DNA from: an uncultured Bacilli bacterium
Lineage (GTDB): Bacteria > Bacillota_I > Bacilli_A > RF39 > UBA660
DNA length: 64,000 bases
Assembly (NCBI GenBank): GCA_910588025.1
Contig: CAJUQG010000004.1
Span: 3,086 to 67,085, forward strand
Direction: 5' to 3'
Positions 39,328-47,529 of the stretch are shown in pieces. Position 1 is the stretch's first letter. Every line of letters begins with the position of its first letter. The position numbers and the translations under genes were made by a program. The notes beneath the pieces are model-generated. The model saw only the letters and a list, made by a program, of their open reading frames with translations, did not search any database and was not told where the DNA came from.

Positions 39328-40881
39328 TTATAATTCAGTATATTCACTTGTTTTATTAAGTTGATTCTCATGTTCGTTGATAACTAAACTTTTTGTTGTA
39401 AAAAGCATCGTGGCAATCGAAGTGGCATTACACAAAGTAGTTTTTGTTACTTGAAAAGGATCAATAATAGAAGAATGTGTGACATTTTCAAATTTTTCCG
39501 TATTAACATTATATATTTTTTGAAAATTATTTTTTTTAATTTCCTGATATATTTTAGAAGAATCAAGACCAGCGTTTTCAAGAATTTGAAAAAATGGTTT
39601 TTGCAAAGCTTCTTTAAAAATAGCTTTAACTTCATCTTTGGCTTCTAATTCTTCTGCTATTTTTAAAAGTGTGACGCCACCTCCAAGTAAAATGCCATCT
39701 TCACAACTAGCTAAAGCACAAAGTGCATCTTCTAAACGCATCTTTTTTTCATGACATTCTGTTTTTGTAGGAGCTCCAACCAAGATTTCTGCTAAACCGT
39801 TTTGAAACATAGCAATTCGTTTTTGATAAAAAGCAAGTTCAAATTCATCATGATATTCGTTCATTTCATTCTTTAATAAATCAACATATTGCAAAATTTG
39901 AGAATTATTTTGAAAGTCAAAACGAGCTTGATTTTTGTTAATCATAATATGTTCAATAAAACCTAAATTTTCTGGAGTAATAAAATGATAATTTTCTATA
40001 ATCTTTGCATGCGTAAGCGCTTCAATATCGCTTTCTAACTTTCTTTGATGTAAACCATATTCTGAAATTTTTAAAACACAACAAGAAAGCTCATTACTTA
40101 AATTCAAAGATACAATTTCTTTGAAAGCTGTTTCATCATATTCATTTACAAAAATAATCAAAGGTTCCTTATTTTTCATACAATCATTTAAAATAAAACT
40201 AATGTTTTCTAAGTTACTTAAATAATCATGAATAATTAATACTTTGGCGTTTGTAAAAGTAATATTAGTTTGTTCTTTTAGAAAATAATCACTTAATAGT
40301 TCTGTTTCAACGGTATATCCTTGTAAATAATTGATAGTTAATTGATTTTCTAAAACCTCTTTTATCATGATTGCGTTTTTACTTTTTACTGTTTGAAAAG
40401 CTTGAAATGCACAATTTCCTAAATAATTATCATTTGCAGCAATTGTGGCAATTTGTAACAAATTATTTTCATCGGGTTTTCTGGCTTCAGTTTCCAGAAT
40501 ACTTAATATTTCTGATAAGTAAAGATCCATTTTTTTCTTTAAAAAAATGGGATTGATTCCTTTTTCAATATATGTAAGACTGGAATTAAAAAGACTTTGT
40601 AATAAAACTAAGGTCGTTGTAGTTCCATCTCCAACAATATCATTCGTTTTTAAAGAAGCTTCTTTAGCAATTTCTAAAATAGTATTAACAACCTCATCTT
40701 CGCTCACTATATTTTTAGCAATTGTAGCTCCATCATTTGTAATAAAAGGGGTAAATAAAGAATGGTCAATAATAACATTGCTTCCTTTTGGTCCCAAAGT
40801 ACACCCAACTGTATCACACAAAGAATTAATACTTTCTTTCATCTTTTCTTGCAATAATGTTCCACTAACAACTTTTTTCAT
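39328..40881 (-). CDS. divergent Cpn60/TCP-1 family chaperonin-like protein
   Basis: The chaperonin equatorial-domain signatures TLGPKGSNVIID, FITNDGATIAKNI, IVGDGTTTTLVLLQ and ILLGGGVTLL are present. The protein is 517 aa with no GGM tail, and no co-chaperonin is nearby. Its ATG overlaps the upstream gene stop (ATGA on the minus strand). Confidence 0.6.
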   Translation of the reverse strand: MKKVVSGTLLQEKMKESINSLCDTVGCTLGPKGSNVIIDHSLFTPFITNDGATIAKNIVSEDEVVNTILEIAKEASLKTNDIVGDGTTTTLVLLQSLFNSSLTYIEKGINPIFLKKKMDLYLSEILSILETEARKPDENNLLQIATIAANDNYLGNCAFQAFQTVKSKNAIMIKEVLENQLTINYLQGYTVETELLSDYFLKEQTNITFTNAKVLIIHDYLSNLENISFILNDCMKNKEPLIIFVNEYDETAFKEIVSLNLSNELSCCVLKISEYGLHQRKLESDIEALTHAKIIENYHFITPENLGFIEHIMINKNQARFDFQNNSQILQYVDLLKNEMNEYHDEFELAFYQKRIAMFQNGLAEILVGAPTKTECHEKKMRLEDALCALASCEDGILLGGGVTLLKIAEELEAKDEVKAIFKEALQKPFFQILENAGLDSSKIYQEIKKNNFQKIYNVNTEKFENVTHSSIIDPFQVTKTTLCNATSIATMLFTTKSLVINEHENQLNKTSEYTEL

Positions 40882-41627
40882 ATTTCATTTTCCATTTCTA
40901 TCATATATTTCCAATATTTTTTGGGCATAAAATTTCTACGACAGCGGTCGTTTTTCCGAGTTTCTATTCCAATCGTTTGATAAAACAATTTCCATAATTT
41001 CTCCATTTCCCATTCTTGTTGACTAAGCTTTGTAGTACTAAGCTTAAAATCATTTTCAGAAATTAGAATATACTTATGTTTATCATATATACTTAGTATT
41101 CCTCTTTTTACATCTTTAATAATCCAATATTCTTGTTTTAAACGTTTTTCAAAATGATGAGAAATAAAATAAAGAATATCATTTAATGGTTCTATTTCTG
41201 CATAAAGAACATGATTGTCTAATTCTTTAAATCGAATAAACCCTTTATATTTATGAGCTTCATGTAAAACATATTTTGAAATGGTAATGGCTTTCGTGAC
41301 ACATTTCAAATTTCGGTGGTATAACAGCTGATCTTTATATTTAAAACCATTTAAAATTAGATAATAAATAATTAGCTCTTTGTTCTCTTCAGTTGATAAA
41401 AAAACGTAATAAATCGTACGATAAGTATCTGGTCCCATTTCTTGAATAAGATTTGTAATAAGTTCTGGATCTTCAGAAATTTCTAAATGAATAATTTCAT
41501 CTAATAAAGTAGGGGAATAATAAGTATTTTGAATATTTCCAGGTTTCATTTTATTTTTTATAAGAAAATAGATTAAATTAAGTAATTGTACAAAAGTATC
41601 ATCATAAATATAACAACTATTATTCAT
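40878..41627 (-). CDS. UDG-related probable DNA-metabolism protein (TIGR03915-like partner of the radical SAM protein)
   Basis: The N-terminus IYDDTFVQLLNLIYF and the C-terminal core HKYKGFIRFKELDNHVLYAEIEPLNDILYFISHHFEKRLKQEYWIIKDVKRG match this family. The protein is 249 aa, and a TGAGGT RBS lies upstream. Confidence 0.65.
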   Translation of the reverse strand: MNNSCYIYDDTFVQLLNLIYFLIKNKMKPGNIQNTYYSPTLLDEIIHLEISEDPELITNLIQEMGPDTYRTIYYVFLSTEENKELIIYYLILNGFKYKDQLLYHRNLKCVTKAITISKYVLHEAHKYKGFIRFKELDNHVLYAEIEPLNDILYFISHHFEKRLKQEYWIIKDVKRGILSIYDKHKYILISENDFKLSTTKLSQQEWEMEKLWKLFYQTIGIETRKNDRCRRNFMPKKYWKYMIEMENEI

Positions 41628-42834
41628 GAAATAACCTCAATTGCTCATGAGGTCTAGAAGTAGGAAGTATTTCTTCATATACCAAGTTTTTTTCAATAAA
41701 CTCTTTTTTAAAAAGTTGTGGATTCATAAAATATTTTCCATTGCACGTAATAAAATATTTAGCTCGTTTTAACACAACACCCATTTTTTTTAAGTCATCA
41801 AATGATACTTGAAAAATACGTCGTGAAGACAAAATTCGTTTAGCAGACTTTACACCAATTCCAGGAATTTTTAAAAGATCATAATAAGAGCAATGATTAA
41901 TTTCTTTTGGAAATTCTTCTATATGTCGTAAAGCCCAATCAGCTTTCGGGTCAATTAAAATATTAAAATTAGGATTTTTTTGGTCTAAAAGATCACGAAC
42001 TTGAAAATGATAAAAACGTAGTAACCAATCTGCTTGATAAAGACGATTTTCTCTCTTTAAAGGTGGCTTTTCTAACGATGGTAAGAATGAATCATGATTA
42101 ACAGGAATGTAAGCAGAATAAAAAACTCGTTTTAATTGATAATTATTATATAATGACGCGCTTTTCTCCATGATATCTAAATCACTTTCTTTTGTTGCAC
42201 CAATAATCATTTGCGTACTTTGTCCAGCTGGAACAAAATGCTTAGTTTGATTTTCTTTCACATATCCCATAATTTTTTCAACTTTAGTTTTATCTTTGTT
42301 CGGAGCTAAAAGTTTTAAACCATGTTCTGTTGGTAACTCAATATTAGCGCTTAATCTATCAACAAGCAATCCAAGTTCTTTTAATTTTTTTTCACTAGCT
42401 CCAGGGATTGCCTTTGCATGAATATATCCTCCAAAATGGTATTTTTTTCTCAAAAGTGTAATGGTTTGAACCAAAAGGTCCATCGTATAATCTGGACTTT
42501 TAATAATTCCTGAACTTAAAAACAAACCTTCTATATAATTGCGCCGATAAAAGTTTAATGTAATTTCACAAATTTCTTCTGGTGTAAATATAGCTCTTGG
42601 AATAGAATTACTTTTACGATTTAAACAATATTTACAATCAAAAATACAACAATTCGTCATAAGTATTTTTAAAAGGGAAATACATCTTCCATCAGAAGAA
42701 AATGAATGACAAATTCCTGAAAAAGCTACATTACCAATTCCATTTTTTGATGTTCTAGTACTTCCACTAGATGAACAAGAAGCATCATATTTTGCACTAT
42801 CAGCTAGAATTTTTAGCTTTTCTTCTAAGTTCAT
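41620..42834 (-). CDS. radical SAM protein with a C-terminal helix-hairpin-helix (TIGR03916-like putative DNA modification/repair rSAM)
   Basis: The N-terminus EEKLKILADSAKYDASCSSSG and the 4Fe-4S motif CIFDCKYC (Cx3Cx2C) are present. A C-terminal helix-hairpin-helix LLKIPGIGVKSAKRIL is also present. A GGTGA RBS precedes ATG 42834, and the reported ORF extends to a TTG at 42846. Confidence 0.8.
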   Translation of the reverse strand: MNLEEKLKILADSAKYDASCSSSGSTRTSKNGIGNVAFSGICHSFSSDGRCISLLKILMTNCCIFDCKYCLNRKSNSIPRAIFTPEEICEITLNFYRRNYIEGLFLSSGIIKSPDYTMDLLVQTITLLRKKYHFGGYIHAKAIPGASEKKLKELGLLVDRLSANIELPTEHGLKLLAPNKDKTKVEKIMGYVKENQTKHFVPAGQSTQMIIGATKESDLDIMEKSASLYNNYQLKRVFYSAYIPVNHDSFLPSLEKPPLKRENRLYQADWLLRFYHFQVRDLLDQKNPNFNILIDPKADWALRHIEEFPKEINHCSYYDLLKIPGIGVKSAKRILSSRRIFQVSFDDLKKMGVVLKRAKYFITCNGKYFMNPQLFKKEFIEKNLVYEEILPTSRPHEQLRLFHE

Positions 42835-42920
42835 ACCAATCACCAAAAATTATTATAATATAACAGCCAGCAATAATCAAACAAAAGTTTGTGTTAATTT
42901 ATTCCATTTATATAAATTTC

Positions 42921-43106
42921 TTAACTATTTTTTTTGACTCTAGATAAAGTTTTTGTTTGATTTAACTGCGACCCAAATGTATCATAATTAGGATTTTGAT
43001 TCGGTTGATAAAAAGACTCAAATTGCTTTTGTTTCTCTTCTTTTTGCAATTGTTGTTTTAATGGAAAAATAGGATTAACTTTTTCTACCTTTTGAATTAG
43101 TTTCAT
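42921..43106 (-). CDS. small Q/K-rich hypothetical protein
   Basis: The 61-aa protein from ATG 43106 has a GAGGT RBS and the translation MKLIQKVEKVNPIFPLKQQLQKEEKQKQFESFYQPNQNPNYD... Confidence 0.3.
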   Translation of the reverse strand: MKLIQKVEKVNPIFPLKQQLQKEEKQKQFESFYQPNQNPNYDTFGSQLNQTKTLSRVKKNS

Positions 43107-43254
43107 AGTAACCTCGCTTTTTAAAATATATGAAAAAGAAAAAAGATAATGATAAAAAAAGGAAATAGCCGATTCATATCGAATAATGATAATGAGGAGG
43201 TAAAAAATATTCAAAATACCAAATTTTTGCTATACTAAGTAAAAGGTGTTTGGT

Positions 43255-44139
43255 ATGAAAAAAAGATATTATTGGCTCATTATTATATTAATAGGTAGTA
43301 TTTTGGGAATTATCCAAACTTCATTTAGCTTTCAAAATGAAGAACATTTAGAACAAAATTGGGAAGGAGAACAACAAAAGAATAATAATTTTCTAAAAAT
43401 TCACTATTTAGATGTAGGACAAGGTGACGCAATATTTATTGAATTACCAAATCAACAGAACCTTTTAATAGATGGTGCAGAATCCAAAGAAAAAGAAAAG
43501 ATAATAGATTATATAAATAGATTAAATAAACAAAAAATTGATTATTTAATAGCAACGCATCCTCATGCCGATCATATAGGTGGACTGGCCTCTATCATAG
43601 AACAATTCGATATTGGTAAAATTTATATGCCCAAAGCAATTTCGACCAGTAAAACATATGAAAATCTATTAAAGACGATTATTAATGCCGATTTAAAAAT
43701 AGCTACTGCCAAAAAAGATTTAATCATTTTAAATGATGAAAATTTAAAAATGCAATTTTTATCTCCCCAAGAATCTCATTATCAAGATTTAAATAATTAT
43801 TCTGCTGTATTAAAAATAACTTATCAGAAGCATAATTTTTTGTTTATGGGAGATGCTGAGAAATTAATTGAAGATGAAATCACTGAGGATGTAAACGCAG
43901 ATATTATTAAAGTAGGTCATCATGGAAGTAATACTTCATCTAGTTTAAATTTTGTGAATCGTGTATCTCCCAAATATGCAATCATATCCGTTGGTTCAAA
44001 GAATCAGTATCAACATCCTCACAAAGAGATTATTAAAAGATGGCAACAAGTCGGTGCTCAAGTATTACAAACCGATTTACATGGAACCATTATAGCTCAG
44101 TCAGATGGATTTAATTTACAAATTAAAACAGAAAAATAG
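43255..44139 (+). CDS. ComEC/Rec2-related metallo-beta-lactamase domain protein (stand-alone)
   Basis: HYLDVGQGDAIFIE, ATHPHADHIGG and VGHHGSNTSS match the ComEC C-terminal MBL domain. An N-terminal TM/signal, an extended -10 TGCTATACT and an AAAGGTG RBS are present. Confidence 0.75.
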   Translation: MKKRYYWLIIILIGSILGIIQTSFSFQNEEHLEQNWEGEQQKNNNFLKIHYLDVGQGDAIFIELPNQQNLLIDGAESKEKEKIIDYINRLNKQKIDYLIATHPHADHIGGLASIIEQFDIGKIYMPKAISTSKTYENLLKTIINADLKIATAKKDLIILNDENLKMQFLSPQESHYQDLNNYSAVLKITYQKHNFLFMGDAEKLIEDEITEDVNADIIKVGHHGSNTSSSLNFVNRVSPKYAIISVGSKNQYQHPHKEIIKRWQQVGAQVLQTDLHGTIIAQSDGFNLQIKTEK

Positions 44140-44154
44140 AAAGTAAGTGAAGAA

Positions 44155-44364
44155 ATGAAAGTAATAATTGACCGTTTTGAAAAAGATATGGCTATCATTG
44201 AAATAAAAGAAGGTGTCTTCACACACATGCCGAAAATTCTCCTTCCTCATGCCAAAGAAGGCGATGTAGTGGATATTATTGTAAATAATAAAGAAACAGA
44301 AGAAAGAAAACAAATGGTGGCTGATTTGATGAATCGAGCATTTGAAAGTGAGAGCGAACAATGA
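44155..44364 (+). CDS. DUF3006 family small protein
   Basis: MKVIIDRFEKDMAIIEIKEGVF matches the DUF3006 N-terminus. This family is characteristically adjacent to ComEC-type MBL genes. Confidence 0.6.
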   Translation: MKVIIDRFEKDMAIIEIKEGVFTHMPKILLPHAKEGDVVDIIVNNKETEERKQMVADLMNRAFESESEQ

Positions 44365-44615
44365 AATTTGACCATTTAATCAAAAATATTATCGCTGAAA
44401 AGAAAACTGTTTTTATGAATGATAGCTTTACTTTAACAGAAGAACAAGTTAGCGTTTTAAATCGATATAATATCCCCTTTGAATCTTGTCATTCTACTCA
44501 AGAATTAATTTTTTGTATCGAAGAAGTATTAGATAGTGGCATAATGGATGATTCGTTAGAAAGTATTTCCATTTCACTTGCTGAACATGATTATTATCAA
44601 AATTATAAAAAATGA
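44361..44615 (+). CDS. hypothetical protein
   Basis: The 84-aa ORF begins in an ATGA overlap with the upstream gene and has no recognisable motif. Confidence 0.35.
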   Translation: MKFDHLIKNIIAEKKTVFMNDSFTLTEEQVSVLNRYNIPFESCHSTQELIFCIEEVLDSGIMDDSLESISISLAEHDYYQNYKK

Positions 44616-44616
44616 C

Positions 44617-45069
44617 TTAGTTTAATAGCCATACTCCTACATTTAAATAAAGAGCAAAAAATAGCCAAAGAATGTAAGGAATAAAAAGGTAAAAACTTTT
44701 TTTCTCTAAGTAATAGTAAAAATACATAAGATAACCTACTAAAAAAATTAAAATAATAATCCAAATAATTGAAAAAAATCGCCATTTGACTAAGAAAAAT
44801 AACAAGGCCCATGAAAAATTAAAAAATAATTGTCCATAATATAATATTTTAACAAAGAAATCGTTGTTTTCTTTGCGATACAAGTAATAAGAAATACCAA
44901 TAAATAGATAAAGAATAGACCAAACAATTGGAAAAATAAAACTTTTGGGAGCAAGAAAAGGTAAAGTTAATTGATTATAATCAATTTGATTTTTAATAAC
45001 GAAACCTATAATAATTCCACCAATTATTGGAAAAAAAATAGAAAACAAATGTTGAATTTTATTGGTCAT
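44617..45069 (-). CDS. TspO/MBR (tryptophan-rich sensory protein) family membrane protein
   Basis: The 150-aa protein has 5 TM helices and a W/Y-rich sequence (LPFLAPKSFIFPIVWSILY ... NFSWALLFF ... PYILWLFFALYLN). An AGGTGA RBS lies 4 nt before the ATG on the minus strand. Confidence 0.6.
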   Translation of the reverse strand: MTNKIQHLFSIFFPIIGGIIIGFVIKNQIDYNQLTLPFLAPKSFIFPIVWSILYLFIGISYYLYRKENNDFFVKILYYGQLFFNFSWALLFFLVKWRFFSIIWIIILIFLVGYLMYFYYYLEKKSFYLFIPYILWLFFALYLNVGVWLLN

Positions 45070-45150
45070 GAAATCACCTATTAAAGAATGATATGTAATA
45101 AAAATTAGAATATGAGTAAAATGGTGATACAATAACAAAGGGTGTTTCCT

Positions 45151-47529
45151 ATGCAGTATTTAATCATAACAAATGAATTAGATAAAAAAAGAATCCTAAA
45201 AGAATTACGAAAAGAATTCCCTTTTTTAAATGCTAAAGTATTAGGATATCGAGAACTGATTCAAAATTTATATTTTAATTATACAGAAGAAACCATCTAT
45301 TATATTGTTGAAAAATATCAAATAACAAAAGAAATAGCGATCAATTATTTAGAAAATTTATACTTTATAAATTTTGAAAAAACGAGCTATCCCAAATTAA
45401 TATTTCTCCAAAATTTATATCAAGAATTATTACAAGCAAATTTATTAAAAATAAATCCATTATGGAAAAAAGATTTAAAACAAAAAAAAATAATATTTTA
45501 TCATTTAAATCAAAATGATAACTTTTTTCAAAAAATAATGAGAGAATGCCAAAAGATTACTAAGATAGAGCAAATTGATTGGTCGATAAAAGAAGACCAA
45601 AAAATAACACTAACACCTTATTTAAATAGGGAAAGTGAAGTCATTGGAATTTGTAATCAAATTTGTGAATTAATAAAAACAGGCAAAAAAATATCAGATA
45701 TATATTTAGCAAATTTATCAACAGAATATTATAATTTATTGGAAACTTATGCTTCTTTTTTTCATTTACCAATTAATTTAAAGAAAAAAGAAACATTTTA
45801 TTCTAGTTTTATAGTTACAGACTTTCAAGAACTATATGTAGATGATTTAAAAACTGCAATAAAGAAATTACAAGAAAAATATCCTAAGGAAGAAGAAAAA
45901 ATTGTCTTAGAATGGATTATTTCCATTTGCAATAAATATATTTTTATAAAAGATGAGCAAAAGAAAAAACAATTTATCTTAGAAGATTTGAAAAATCAAA
46001 AAAAACCGAATCAAAAAATTGAACTAGGGATACAAGAAATTGATTTTTATGAAAATGAAATTTCCGAAGATTCCATCTTATTTCTATTAGGTGTTAACGA
46101 AAGTTTTTTTCCTAAAATTCAAAAAGATGAAGCATATTTAAGTGATAAAGAAATGCACGCATTAGGTTGGAATACATCAAGTGAAAAAAATGCTTTAGAA
46201 AAAGAGAGATGTTTAAAAAAATTAAAAACTTTTTCTTCCGTTTGTTTATCTTATCCTAAGAAAGATGGGAAAATCGATTTATATCCATCTAGTATTTTAG
46301 ATGAGCTTATTTATGAAATAAAAGAACCAAAAGTTAATCATCAACATTCTCATATTTACAATTTATTAGAATTTGGTCAAAAAATGGACCAATATTACAA
46401 ATATGGGACAAAAGATGAAAATTTAGAAAATCTATATAATACTTATCCAAATGTTTATAATTCTTTTAAAAATGAGTACACCCAAATAAAACGAAAAGAA
46501 AAAGACCCAATAAAGTTATCTTATTCTTCTTTAGATACATTTTTTCATTGTAGCTTTAAATATTATTTAGACTATATTTTACGGTTAAATGATCATGAAG
46601 AAAATTTTGCTCAGAAAATAGGATGTTTATTTCATGAAATACTAAAAGATTGTTACAATTCTAATTTTAATTTTGAAAAATCGTGGCAAGAACATATTGA
46701 AAATTTTACCTTAAAAGAAAAGCAAGAATATTATTTTTTAAACAAACTACAAGAAGACTTAAAAAGAGTGATTAATACATTAAAAAAACAAGAAGATGGA
46801 AAAAGTTTTAATATAAAAACAGAAGAAAAGATTGTGATGTCACTAACCGATGACAATAGAGTACAATTAAGTGGTATCATGGATAAAATCTTTTGGAAGG
46901 AAAAAGATGGAAAGACTCTTGTAAGTGTAATAGACTATAAAACAGGTAATCCTTCATTAAGTCTAGACGAAACTCCACATGGCTTAAATCTTCAATTACC
47001 AATTTATTTAATATTATTACATAATTTACCTTTTGAAAATATTAAAGTCATAGGTTTTTACTTACAAAAAATATTGCCATCGCTTCCAGAACGAGATGCA
47101 GTCCACAGTGAAAATGAATTAAAAATGAAAAATTTATTACTTCAAGGATATAGTACAGATGAAGAAAAGTTTTTAAAAGAATTTGATCCTTCTTATCAAG
47201 ATAGCAAACTAATTAAAAGTATGAAAATGAGTTCCAAAGGATTCTATCCTTATTCTAAAATATTAAGTGAGCAAAAACTTCAAAAATTAGAACAAATAAC
47301 CTTAAATAAAATAAAAGAAGCCATAAGAGATATCCAAAATGAAAATTTCTCTATCAATCCAAAAAGGTTATCTAATAATTTAATAGGTTGTGCTTATTGT
47401 AATTATCAAAGTATTTGTTTTCGTAAGGAAAAAGATATTGTAAATTTAAAAGAATTAAAAGCAAGTGAATTTTTAGGGAGTGATAACATTGCCAACATGG
47501 ACGAAAGAACAGAGCGATGCCATTTATAA
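45151..47529 (+). CDS. addB: helicase-nuclease complex subunit B (AddB/RexB-like)
   Basis: A C-terminal nuclease domain is followed by an Fe-S cysteine cluster (CSFKYY ... CAYCNYQSICF). The gene sits directly upstream of addA, and an AAGGGTG RBS is present. Confidence 0.8.
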   Translation: MQYLIITNELDKKRILKELRKEFPFLNAKVLGYRELIQNLYFNYTEETIYYIVEKYQITKEIAINYLENLYFINFEKTSYPKLIFLQNLYQELLQANLLKINPLWKKDLKQKKIIFYHLNQNDNFFQKIMRECQKITKIEQIDWSIKEDQKITLTPYLNRESEVIGICNQICELIKTGKKISDIYLANLSTEYYNLLETYASFFHLPINLKKKETFYSSFIVTDFQELYVDDLKTAIKKLQEKYPKEEEKIVLEWIISICNKYIFIKDEQKKKQFILEDLKNQKKPNQKIELGIQEIDFYENEISEDSILFLLGVNESFFPKIQKDEAYLSDKEMHALGWNTSSEKNALEKERCLKKLKTFSSVCLSYPKKDGKIDLYPSSILDELIYEIKEPKVNHQHSHIYNLLEFGQKMDQYYKYGTKDENLENLYNTYPNVYNSFKNEYTQIKRKEKDPIKLSYSSLDTFFHCSFKYYLDYILRLNDHEENFAQKIGCLFHEILKDCYNSNFNFEKSWQEHIENFTLKEKQEYYFLNKLQEDLKRVINTLKKQEDGKSFNIKTEEKIVMSLTDDNRVQLSGIMDKIFWKEKDGKTLVSVIDYKTGNPSLSLDETPHGLNLQLPIYLILLHNLPFENIKVIGFYLQKILPSLPERDAVHSENELKMKNLLLQGYSTDEEKFLKEFDPSYQDSKLIKSMKMSSKGFYPYSKILSEQKLQKLEQITLNKIKEAIRDIQNENFSINPKRLSNNLIGCAYCNYQSICFRKEKDIVNLKELKASEFLGSDNIANMDERTERCHL

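Noticed and set aside
39447-39648. Two small overlapping ORFs on both strands (62 and 65 aa)
   Set aside because: They lie inside, or antisense to, the chaperonin-like gene and have K/I/F-rich low-complexity translations.
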